Shown: positions 17,087 through 25,084 of the stretch, in pieces | Layout of the letters: each line of letters opens with the position of its first letter | How positions within the stretch are numbered: the first letter of the stretch is position 1 | Source of the DNA: Parvularculaceae bacterium | GTDB lineage: Bacteria > Pseudomonadota > Alphaproteobacteria > Caulobacterales > Parvularculaceae | Direction: 5' to 3' | Length of the DNA stretch: 64,000 nucleotides | NCBI GenBank assembly: GCA_965263375.1 | Contig: OZ253669.1 | Location: 1,038,282-1,102,281, forward strand | Position numbers and translations under genes: made by a program | The notes under the pieces: model-generated | Seen by the model: the letters and a program-made list of their open reading frames with translations, nothing else | Told to the model about the DNA's origin: nothing | Databases searched by the model: none

Positions 17087-18220
17087 ATGAATAATCATAC
17101 TACCAGTAAAGATGCTGAAAACTCCAATCTTGGATGGCTTAGAAAAGTTTGGAGACAATTCAAAAAGACAGACACATATGGCATCTTAGTTGATGTTATA
17201 GCAGGTGGGGTACCTTTTGGTTTGACGTTGGGTGGCCTCTTGTTGATAGTAATTGGAAGCATCCCTGAGAAACCAGACATATTTATGCGGTCGGTGGCAG
17301 GGGCTGGCAGCGCTATTTTAGCAGGTGGCGTATTCTCTGTGATACTCAAAACAATGCAAGTTAGAGGCGTTTTTCAAGATACTCTCAGCAAAGTTTTGTT
17401 TGATGAGCCTTATCTTAAAAAACGGAATGACCTAAGGGAGTTGTGGTCAAAGGTGACTAGCCTGATTTCGAAACAAAGATTTTCGACATTAGAGAGTCAT
17501 ATGCATGAAGCAATAATGGAGCATTATATTCCAACCAAAGATGATTATTATTTTGAAAATTATTATCGAACATGTGTGGTTAGGTGGAACAATGAAGAAA
17601 CTACAGAAATTTCGCTGAGTGAAGAGATTTCACTGCACATTGTTCCCACGAGTGCAGATGCTGAGATTACATATAAATTTTCATCTAGTCCAAGCCCGGG
17701 AGTGCCTTTAGAAGTGGCTTGTCCGAAAGTTGATTATCTAAAGATAAATAACAAAGTTTATTTTGAAAACGGAAAACCCTTAAAAGAAGAGTATATACAG
17801 GAAGGCAAGGGGAAAGAGGGCGAGGAATTTAAAGTCGCAATACCGCTTGCGGGCTCGAAACGCTACGTAGTTGAAAGACGGTCTCACCGAACATTTCCTA
17901 TGGGGGTTGATCCATTTCAGCGCTATGTTTCGCCAAGATTTATTAAAGGCGCTAAAATTAACGTTCACTGCATTGCTAAAAACTTGCGCGTTCGTTTTGT
18001 ATCGCTAGGAACGCCAAATGAGTTTTCAAGCTTTTTCCCTAAGGAGATTGCGGACATATCTCGTGCGGGGGATATCAACCGCGAATACCCAGGTTTGCTA
18101 TTTCCTGAACAAGGGTATCTACTCGTCTTTCATTATCTTGATCCAAAACTTGTGAAGAGGTTTGATGTTCAGACAAATACGGCCTCGGAAGAAGGCGCGG
18201 CCGCATCTGCCAAAAATTAG
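17087..18220 (+). CDS. orphan hypothetical protein with two N-terminal TM helices and a roughly 280-aa soluble domain
   Basis: 377-aa ORF preceded by a GGGGGAG RBS. Markedly AT-rich coding sequence compared with the flanks. No family recognised. Confidence 0.6.
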   Translation: MNNHTTSKDAENSNLGWLRKVWRQFKKTDTYGILVDVIAGGVPFGLTLGGLLLIVIGSIPEKPDIFMRSVAGAGSAILAGGVFSVILKTMQVRGVFQDTLSKVLFDEPYLKKRNDLRELWSKVTSLISKQRFSTLESHMHEAIMEHYIPTKDDYYFENYYRTCVVRWNNEETTEISLSEEISLHIVPTSADAEITYKFSSSPSPGVPLEVACPKVDYLKINNKVYFENGKPLKEEYIQEGKGKEGEEFKVAIPLAGSKRYVVERRSHRTFPMGVDPFQRYVSPRFIKGAKINVHCIAKNLRVRFVSLGTPNEFSSFFPKEIADISRAGDINREYPGLLFPEQGYLLVFHYLDPKLVKRFDVQTNTASEEGAAASAKN

Positions 18221-18474
18221 TCCCGCGGACGCCGATAATTACGGACAGTAAAACAACGAGTTATTTTTGTCATGTTTGGTGCGCTGCCGTGGTGCGAATC
18301 TTGCGATAAATTGAACACACCCTGCTGAGAGTTAACCTAGCTTTGACAAAAATCAGCCCAATATCTCTGTAGTCAGGGTTGAGATGGAGTTAACCTTTTG
18401 TTAACTGTTTCACCTGCCAGTTGATTCTATAGAAGTTTATTCCGCCTTTACCGATGTTTAGAAAGGGTTTAGAA

Positions 18475-18630
18475 ATGGCTAGTTACCTAGGTTTTTGTTT
18501 GGAGTATCAAACTTTGGCTTCACTAGTGCCCTCAGCTCTTGGAACTGAAACCATGCTTGGAACTGAAACCATGCTTGGAACTGAAACCATGCTTGGAACT
18601 GAAACCATGCTTGGAACTGAAACCATGTAG
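18475..18630 (+). CDS. possible micro-ORF: 51-aa peptide MASYLGFCLEYQTLASLVPSA(LGTETM)x5
   Basis: ATG at 18475 with an AAGGG 7 nt upstream. The ORF reads through all five repeat units and stops at TAG directly after the last unit, with a strong terminator 27 nt downstream. Coding status unproven because other frames of the repeat are also open. Confidence 0.3.
   Translation: MASYLGFCLEYQTLASLVPSALGTETMLGTETMLGTETMLGTETMLGTETM
18538..18627. repeat. perfect tandem direct repeat, 5 x 18 bp (CTTGGAACTGAAACCATG)
   Basis: Read directly: units at 18538-18555, 18556-18573, 18574-18591, 18592-18609 and 18610-18627, with no mismatches and no spacers. Confidence 0.97.
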
Positions 18631-18657
18631 CTAGCTTTAAGATTTAGAGCTGTTAGT

Positions 18658-18683
18658 GCGGGGCAAATTGCCCCGCTTTTTTG
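18658..18683 (+). terminator. rho-independent terminator
   Basis: GCGGGGC-AAATT-GCCCCGC followed by TTTTTT. Only the + strand has the U-run. Confidence 0.75.
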
Positions 18684-18724
18684 TCTAAGTTGAAAAATGG
18701 TTGCCGATTAGAATACCATGAGCG

Positions 18725-19168
18725 CTAGCTACGGAGGCTATAAATTACCAGGTGAGACGTAGCGTTTTTTTTCACTCCATTATCAGCCAGTCCCAATTCC
18801 CGTGCAATGATGTTGGCGTTCAGCATGCTGGCCGCGGCGCCTTCAAATTTCTGCACCCAAATGATGCTCTCCGCTCGTGTAATGATATCAAGAAAACCTT
18901 CGCGCTTTTTGTAATTGAGCCAGGTGGGCAAGCTTATATCGAGGTGTCGGCATAAACCGCTAAGGGTCATGGCGCGCATCTTGGGAATGTCTATGACGGT
19001 GACAGCACCACGATAGGTGAATGCCTTTCTTCGATAGAGCGGGTTCGTCTCCACCCATTCGAAATATTGTTCGCACGCGTCCCACAACTCATCCGGCGAA
19101 GCGAATTTCGGCTTTCGCCCGTGGGGCGTGCGTTGCTTCCAAAATTGATTTCCTTTAGCGGCTGACAT
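18725..19168 (-). CDS. phage terminase small subunit / DNA-packaging protein (orphan)
   Basis: 147 aa. GNQFW..R..HGRKPKF.SPDELWDACEQYFEW...NP ... MTLSGLCRHLDIS..TWLNY resembles the HTH-type small terminase family. No large terminase is adjacent. Confidence 0.6.
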   Translation of the reverse strand: MSAAKGNQFWKQRTPHGRKPKFASPDELWDACEQYFEWVETNPLYRRKAFTYRGAVTVIDIPKMRAMTLSGLCRHLDISLPTWLNYKKREGFLDIITRAESIIWVQKFEGAAASMLNANIIARELGLADNGVKKNATSHLVIYSLRS

Positions 19169-19225
19169 GGTCAGTATCTCCTTATGGGATAGTCCGTGGC
19201 CGCTATCCGCCTGTTAAAATACTCC

Positions 19226-19576
19226 CTAACGGATAAGCCTTACCCCGGGCCCTTCGCCTTCGAGAAACTGAATGCCGCGGGCGGTAAACGCGTCAACGAT
19301 ACGGTCAATCGCGAAACCTGCCATGCCCCATTTTTCCTCCCGGGCTTCCCAATGAGTGAGGGTCTTCGGGTGAAGCCCGGCCGCCTGAGCAAGTTGCTTT
19401 TGCGAAAGGCCGGCTAAGGCGCGAGCGGCGGCAATCTGACGACCCGTTGTAATTGTGCCTGTAGAAATCAATACCCGGTTCCGGGTGATGGGAGCAACAG
19501 GCAGCTTCGAACTTGTCTGCTTGGTTGGTTCGCCATCGAGCGATAGAAAACCCATGTTTGCTGTTTTTGTCATCAC
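19226..19576 (-). CDS. XRE-family helix-turn-helix transcriptional regulator
   Basis: 116 aa. GRQIAAARALAGLSQKQLAQAAGLHPKTLTHWE is a classic XRE HTH. A GGAG RBS lies upstream of the ATG at 19576. Confidence 0.75.
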   Translation of the reverse strand: MMTKTANMGFLSLDGEPTKQTSSKLPVAPITRNRVLISTGTITTGRQIAAARALAGLSQKQLAQAAGLHPKTLTHWEAREEKWGMAGFAIDRIVDAFTARGIQFLEGEGPGVRLIR

Positions 19577-19746
19577 AAAGTTTCTCCAATTTTCAATTGC
19601 ACCATTCCACTCGCCCTGGATGCCCCCTCAATCGCCCCAGATTGAGTCAGGATTCGCAAATGCACCTCTTTTGCACCCTTACCGTGACCCGACCCCTTTG
19701 AACGCAGCCGATTTGAAGTAGTACAAATTAGCAAAGGAGACGTTCA

Positions 19747-20019
19747 ATGTCTGGGAAGAGATACGGGCCGGAAGAGGCCATCAACAAATTACGTGAAGCC
19801 GATATTCTGTTGGGCCAGGGTAAAACAGTTGGCGAAGTGATCCGTCAGCTCGGTGTGAATAAAGTGACTTACTACAGGTGGCGCCGAGAGTTTGGCGGCA
19901 TGAAAGTCGAACAGGCGAAACGGCTGAAGGAACTGGAAAAAGAAAATGGCCGGTTGAAGCGTCTTCTGGCTGACGCCGAACTCGATAAAGCGATCCTCAA
20001 GGAAGCCGCGTCGGGGTGA
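19747..20019 (+). CDS. IS3-family transposase OrfA (HTH / leucine zipper)
   Basis: 90 aa. ...VTYYRWRREFGGM..EQAKRLKELEKENGRLKRLLADAELDKAILKEAASG is typical IS3 OrfA. It ends at TGA 20017-20019. Confidence 0.85.
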   Translation: MSGKRYGPEEAINKLREADILLGQGKTVGEVIRQLGVNKVTYYRWRREFGGMKVEQAKRLKELEKENGRLKRLLADAELDKAILKEAASG

Positions 20020-20934
20020 TTGAATTCAATCACGGTAGGGCCTTCACGCAAACGCGACTTTATTGAACATGCTTGCGATAAGCTCGGCGTCTCAGAACGC
20101 CGGGCTTGTCGCCTGCTCAAGCAACATCGTTCAACGCAGTGGCGTAAACCGCAAAAAGTTGACGATGAAGATGCGCTGACCATCGCCATTATTGAGCTGG
20201 CGAGCATCTATGGCCGCTATGGCTACAAGCGGATTACGGCGTTGCTGAAAGCAATTGGCTGGCATGTGAACCACAAACGCGTGGCGCGTATCTGGAAGCG
20301 TGAAGGCCTGAAAGTTCCGAAAAAACAGCCCAAACGCGGCAGGCTATGGCTGAATGGCGGGTCGTGCGTTCGCTTGCGGCCGCAACACCGCAACCATGTT
20401 TGGAGTTATGATTTCGTGCAGGATAAAACCCGCGACGGGAAGAAGTTCCGCATGCTCACCGTCATTGATGAGTTCACCCGCGAATGTCTGGCAATTACTG
20501 TCGCACGGCGGCTGAACAGTCAGGACGTTCTTGATGTTCTGGCCGATCTGATGACGACGCGCGGCGTCCCCGATCACATTCGTTCAGATAACGGCGGCGA
20601 ATTCCGGGCCAAAGCGGTACAGAAACTACTCGGCAAAGTCGGCGTGAAAACCCTTTACATAGAACCGGGTTCGCCATGGGAAAACGGATACAATGAATCT
20701 TTCAATGGCCGATTGCGTGACGAGTGCTTAAACGTGGAGCTTTTCAATAATTTGATGGAGGCCAAAATCATCATTGAGCAATGGCGTGTCCGATACAACA
20801 CAATCCGTCCGCATTCAGCCTTGCAGTACAAACCGCCAGCGCCGGAAACATTAAACCCGGCCGATCTGGCTCCCGCTATTTGGCAGCTCCCGCCAGACCG
20901 GCCTTCCATCGAAAGCAATAGTATGGTTGCATAG
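20020..20934 (+). CDS. IS3-family transposase OrfB (rve/DDE integrase core), in the same frame as OrfA
   Basis: ...[17 protein letters not shown]...[10 protein letters not shown]...HVWSYDF...[12 protein letters not shown]...IRSDNGGEF...[18 protein letters not shown]... The frame continues directly from the OrfA stop codon. Confidence 0.85.
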   Translation: MNSITVGPSRKRDFIEHACDKLGVSERRACRLLKQHRSTQWRKPQKVDDEDALTIAIIELASIYGRYGYKRITALLKAIGWHVNHKRVARIWKREGLKVPKKQPKRGRLWLNGGSCVRLRPQHRNHVWSYDFVQDKTRDGKKFRMLTVIDEFTRECLAITVARRLNSQDVLDVLADLMTTRGVPDHIRSDNGGEFRAKAVQKLLGKVGVKTLYIEPGSPWENGYNESFNGRLRDECLNVELFNNLMEAKIIIEQWRVRYNTIRPHSALQYKPPAPETLNPADLAPAIWQLPPDRPSIESNSMVA

Positions 20935-21101
20935 AAGGTGGCTGCGCCATCGGGGTTTCGTCAGATTTACCCTTGCAACAATGGCGATGGCTGGATTTCG
21001 GATCAATTTGATCGCCATCGGCATAATCACTTTGGTCGGTTATTATCTAGCGCCTATGGTATTAAGGTAGTTTGATTTATCTCATTTCTTGAGAGGAATA
21101 C

Positions 21102-22082
21102 CTAAATTTCCGTCCGTATGTGCTCACGTACCTCGCGCATATAGAATTCACGAAGATCATTGTGAAGCGAGCCAGATAGCGGGGGGAGCTCACAAGCAGC
21201 CGCATTTTGTATCGCCTGTTCGGGCCGGGAAGCGCCGGCGATGACTGTGGTGACGGCGTCATGATCAAGAATCCACCGCAAAGCGAAGTTGGAAAGCGGA
21301 TAGTCCGCAGGCTTAATCGATCCTAGCGATTGTAATAGCTCAATCCCTTTTTCGAACGGAATGCCATTAAATGTCTCCCCAACGGAAAATGCGGCGCCAT
21401 CTTTGTTGTAGTTGCGATGATCACTTTCATCGAATTTGTGGTCCTTTTGGAATTTCCCAGTAAGAAGGCCGCTCGCTAGCGGGAGTCTTACAATTATTCC
21501 GATTTCCTTTTTTTGTGCTTCATCGAGCAGTTCCCAAGCCGCATCTTGACGGAAGACATTAAAAATAATTTGGAGCGACGTAAGACCACCTGTGTCTAGG
21601 CATATTTTGGCCTCTTCAATTGATTCAACGCTTGCGCCCCAATGTTTGAAGAGGCCTTCATCGCGTAAAGCTTCCATTGTGTTAAAAATAGTTCCATTAC
21701 GAAGAATATTAGTTGGTACACAGTGAAGCTGTATAAGGTCTATCGACTTCGTGTTGAGCCTTTTAGCTGATGCCGATATGCACCGCCTAACATCATCAAT
21801 TGCATAATTATTCGGATATAATAATGGGTCGCGACCGACTTTGGTCGCCACAAATGTGTTAGGCGCCTTTTCGCTGACATAGGCGCCAACCAATTGTTCG
21901 CTTTTTCCGCCGCCATAAACATCAGCTGTATCGAAAAAGTTGATACCAGCCGCTGATGCGGCTGTCATTGTTTCATTGGAATTTTCATTGCTGATTGGAC
22001 CAAAATCGCCCCCAAATTGCCAGCAACCCAGACCAATTTCAGAAAGTAGAAGTCCGGATTTTCCTAATTTTCTTGTTTTCAT
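21102..22082 (-). CDS. aldo/keto reductase family oxidoreductase
   Basis: 326 aa. MKTRKLGKSGLLLSEIGLGCWQFGG...INFFDTADVYGGGKSE... is a typical AKR N-terminus. Confidence 0.9.
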   Translation of the reverse strand: MKTRKLGKSGLLLSEIGLGCWQFGGDFGPISNENSNETMTAASAAGINFFDTADVYGGGKSEQLVGAYVSEKAPNTFVATKVGRDPLLYPNNYAIDDVRRCISASAKRLNTKSIDLIQLHCVPTNILRNGTIFNTMEALRDEGLFKHWGASVESIEEAKICLDTGGLTSLQIIFNVFRQDAAWELLDEAQKKEIGIIVRLPLASGLLTGKFQKDHKFDESDHRNYNKDGAAFSVGETFNGIPFEKGIELLQSLGSIKPADYPLSNFALRWILDHDAVTTVIAGASRPEQAIQNAAACELPPLSGSLHNDLREFYMREVREHIRTEI

Positions 22083-22597
22083 TTTTATGCCTTTGTGAAA
22101 TTGAAAAGAAACTGCGTCAACGCATGCGCTTGAATGGCTATGATGAGATGTTTACGGAAGGTATTACCAAACGGAAAATATTATAGATATTGAAGATAAC
22201 AACCTAAGTACGATACTCGAAGTAAGATAATTATGGATTGTTTTGATTCAAGGGATTGTTTGCTGTCTGGAATAGTACCGAGATAAGTCTGTTTCTCAAA
22301 CAAAAGCCTGCTTTTTTTGAAAAATACACTCGCTTTTTGGTGCAGTGCAAACTTTGCCTGGGGAGGCTAAATTTTGGACCACTTCAAAAAGAAACGGAGC
22401 ATCGCGGCATATAAATGCAGAGCAAAACCTTTAGATGCTTTCACGCGCCATTCCATAAGTTTATACAGGTAAAGTTTTCTCCCACGAAAAATATCAACTT
22501 ATCAGAAGGCCGAGTAAAGCCATTGGGTTGTTCGATAAAAGCTGGGGCGACTGACTAGTTTGACGTCAATTGATATGAAAAGTGTTCTTCGCGTCTA

Positions 22598-23467
22598 TCA
22601 TTCGAGCGTATTTTTCAATTCCATCAAAAAGTCGATAACCACCCGAATACGCATCAGGTCCGCAATGTCGCTATGAACTGCGAGCCAAAGGGTTCGTTTA
22701 ACTTCAACTTCGTGGCTAAGAATTTTGGTTAGGTTTTGATTTCTTCTTGCCATAAAATCAGGGAGGATGCCGATCCCGGCGCCGGCGGCGATCATCTCCA
22801 TTTGAGCATTGATGCTTGGACTGCATAAATGTGGGGTGAGGCTAGGTAATACGTCCTCTAAGTATTTTAGTTGTGAGGAGTAGATCAAATCATCTGTGTA
22901 GCCTATTAAGACGTGTTCTTTAAGGGAGGCGCGATCAAAAATAGCAGGGCGCTGGTTGAGATAGGGCTGAGCGGCGTAAAGGTGTAAATGATATTCTGAA
23001 AATTTAACAACTTTTATGCGCCCGCTTGTTGGGCGTGTAAGCAGGATAGACATGTCCGCCTGACGCTTGGGTACACTGACGAAACCAGAAAGCGCAATCA
23101 AGTCTAATTCGATCAAAGGATAGGCCGCATTGAAGTTTTTTAGAGAGGGGGCAATAATATTTGTGCCTAAGCCTTCTGGCACGCCCAGCCGAACCCGTCC
23201 GGCTGTCACTTCTTCACCTTCTGCTTTAACTTGAATATCGAGGGACGCAGCCTCCATCTTTTCCGCCAACGTGGCCAATTGCTCACCCGCTGGCGTTAGG
23301 GAGTGTCCGCGCCGGGTGCGCTCAAATAATGTGCGTCCTAAGTCTTTTTCTAAACGCTTGATGCGCCTGCTAATCGTAGTCGCATCAATGTTGAGGAGCG
23401 CGGCGGCTTCATCCAGCCTTGTTTGCCGACTGACAGCGAGAAATAGCTTTACATCATCCCAATTCAT
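22598..23467 (-). CDS. LysR-family transcriptional regulator (divergent from the mmsA operon)
   Basis: 289 aa. MNWDDVKLFLAVSRQTRLDEAAALLNIDATTISRRIKRLEKDLG is a LysR HTH. Confidence 0.9.
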   Translation of the reverse strand: MNWDDVKLFLAVSRQTRLDEAAALLNIDATTISRRIKRLEKDLGRTLFERTRRGHSLTPAGEQLATLAEKMEAASLDIQVKAEGEEVTAGRVRLGVPEGLGTNIIAPSLKNFNAAYPLIELDLIALSGFVSVPKRQADMSILLTRPTSGRIKVVKFSEYHLHLYAAQPYLNQRPAIFDRASLKEHVLIGYTDDLIYSSQLKYLEDVLPSLTPHLCSPSINAQMEMIAAGAGIGILPDFMARRNQNLTKILSHEVEVKRTLWLAVHSDIADLMRIRVVIDFLMELKNTLE

Positions 23468-23578
23468 TGGTTGATTTTATCCTGCATAAATGCAGTTGTC
23501 ACCTGTAAAAATATCTATGTACCGGCAAAATGCTATACTGTAATAAAGCTGTAACAGGAATAAGTGAGGGAGCAAGCG

Positions 23579-25075
23579 ATGCGCGAAGTGCACCACTTTA
23601 TTGGCGGTAATGAATTCATTGGTGAATCAGGCCGTTTTGGCGACATATACAACCCAAACACAGGGGAAATTCAGGCCCGTGTTCAGCTAGCTACGACGGC
23701 GGAAGTCGCAAAGGCCGTTGAAAACGCGAAGGCTGCCTTTCCCGAATGGGCGGGGACTAACCCACAGCGCCGTGCGCGTGTCATGTTTGAGTTTAAGCGC
23801 CTTTTAGAAGCCAATATAAATGAAATGGCTGAGCTTTTGTCCAGCGAGCACGGTAAGGTCATCGCTGACTCTAAAGGTGACATTCAGCGCGGTATTGATG
23901 TGGTTGAGTTCGCTTGCGGTATTCCGCATTTACAAAAAGGCGAATATACCGAAGGCGCGGGCCCAGGGATTGATGTTTACTCCATGCGTCAGCCGCTTGG
24001 CGTAACGGCTGGCATAACGCCATTTAATTTCCCAGCCATGATCCCATGCTGGATGGCGGCTGTTTCAATTGCCTGTGGCAACACATTTATTCTAAAGCCG
24101 TCAGAAAAAGATCCTAGCGTTCCGCTGCGTATTGCGCAGCTAATGCTAGAGGCGGGCGCGCCAGAAGGCGTGTTAAACATGATCAACGGCGATAAAGAAA
24201 GTGTTGATGCCTTGCTGACGCACCCTGATGTTAAAGCGCTTAGTTTTGTTGGTTCGTCAGATATTGCTCAATATGTTTACGCAACGGGCACGGCCCATGG
24301 CAAGCGCGTTCAGGCGATGGGCGGCGCAAAAAACCATGGCGTTATTATGCCAGACTGTAATATGGAACAAGCGGTCAAAGATATTGTGGGCGCTGCATAT
24401 GGTTCTGCTGGGGAACGCTGTATGGCGTTGCCGGTTGCTGTAACTGTTGGGCAAAAAACCGGTGATGAGTTTGTTGAACGGATGTTAGAGGCTGCGCGCG
24501 GTCTTAGGGTTGGCGTTTCCACTGATCTTGATGCGCATTACGGACCAGTTGTTTCAGCAGCACACAAACAGAAAGTTGAATCATATATCCAAATGGGGGT
24601 TGATGAAGGGGCGGATCTGAAACTCGATGGACGTGGCCACACTTTGCAAGGTCATGAGAATGGGTTCTTTATCGGTCCAAGCCTTTTTGATCATGTAAAG
24701 CCTGGCATGAAGTCCTATGAGGAGGAAATCTTCGGACCGGTCCTACAGGTGGTGCGTACTGAAAGCCTTGAGGAGGCGGCGGCGCTGCCAACAAACCATC
24801 AGTATGGTAATGGTGTGGCGATCTTCACGAGCAATGGGCGCGCGGCGCGCGAATTTGCAGCGCAAGTCAATGTTGGTATGGTTGGTGTGAATGTGCCGAT
24901 ACCTGTTCCTGTAAGCTATCATACTTTTGGCGGCTGGAAGCGGTCAGCATTTGGCGACACTAATCAGCACGGACCTGAAGGGGTGCGTTTTTGGACAAAG
25001 ATAAAAACAATCACCCAACGTTGGCCAGAAGGTGATATTGGCGATCAAGCTTTTGTGATACCAACAATGCAATAA
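23579..25075 (+). CDS. mmsA: methylmalonate-semialdehyde dehydrogenase (CoA-acylating)
   Basis: ATG at 23579 preceded by GAGGGAG. HFIGG..., FNFPAMIP.WM, LKPSE.DP and GERCMA are MmsA/ALDH hallmarks. Confidence 0.92.
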   Translation: MREVHHFIGGNEFIGESGRFGDIYNPNTGEIQARVQLATTAEVAKAVENAKAAFPEWAGTNPQRRARVMFEFKRLLEANINEMAELLSSEHGKVIADSKGDIQRGIDVVEFACGIPHLQKGEYTEGAGPGIDVYSMRQPLGVTAGITPFNFPAMIPCWMAAVSIACGNTFILKPSEKDPSVPLRIAQLMLEAGAPEGVLNMINGDKESVDALLTHPDVKALSFVGSSDIAQYVYATGTAHGKRVQAMGGAKNHGVIMPDCNMEQAVKDIVGAAYGSAGERCMALPVAVTVGQKTGDEFVERMLEAARGLRVGVSTDLDAHYGPVVSAAHKQKVESYIQMGVDEGADLKLDGRGHTLQGHENGFFIGPSLFDHVKPGMKSYEEEIFGPVLQVVRTESLEEAAALPTNHQYGNGVAIFTSNGRAAREFAAQVNVGMVGVNVPIPVPVSYHTFGGWKRSAFGDTNQHGPEGVRFWTKIKTITQRWPEGDIGDQAFVIPTMQ

Positions 25076-25084
25076 GGGCTTAAG

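Larger units (their letters stand above)
19685..20963 (+). mobile_element. IS3-family insertion sequence (boundaries approximate)
   Basis: OrfA and OrfB (DDE integrase core) lie between imperfect terminal inverted repeats TGACCCGACCCCT (19685) and CGGGGTTTCGTCA (ends 20963), about 9/13 matching and TG...CA ended. No clear target-site duplication seen. Confidence 0.6.

Noticed and set aside
16880-17158. 64-aa ORFs on both strands just after the tRNA
   Set aside because: They are short ORFs in AT-rich sequence without an RBS. One overlaps the start of the 377-aa gene, and neither resembles an integrase fragment.
18343-18348. TTGACA hexamer as a promoter for the repeat micro-gene
   Set aside because: No acceptable -10 hexamer lies at 16-18 nt spacing (the best candidates are 12-13 nt away), so I do not call a promoter.
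18538-18627. CRISPR array interpretation of the 18-bp repeats
   Set aside because: The repeats are contiguous with no spacers, the unit is too short, and no cas genes are present.
19196-19589. ORFs 19196-19417 (+) and 19305-19589 (-) overlapping the XRE gene
   Set aside because: They overlap the well-supported XRE HTH gene in other frames or on the other strand, and have no recognisable motifs.
16862-22600. attR direct repeat of the tRNA-Thr 3' end delimiting the island
   Set aside because: Scanning by eye found no copy of the TTCAAGTCACCTATGCGGCACCA-type sequence. A computational search is needed before a boundary can be claimed.
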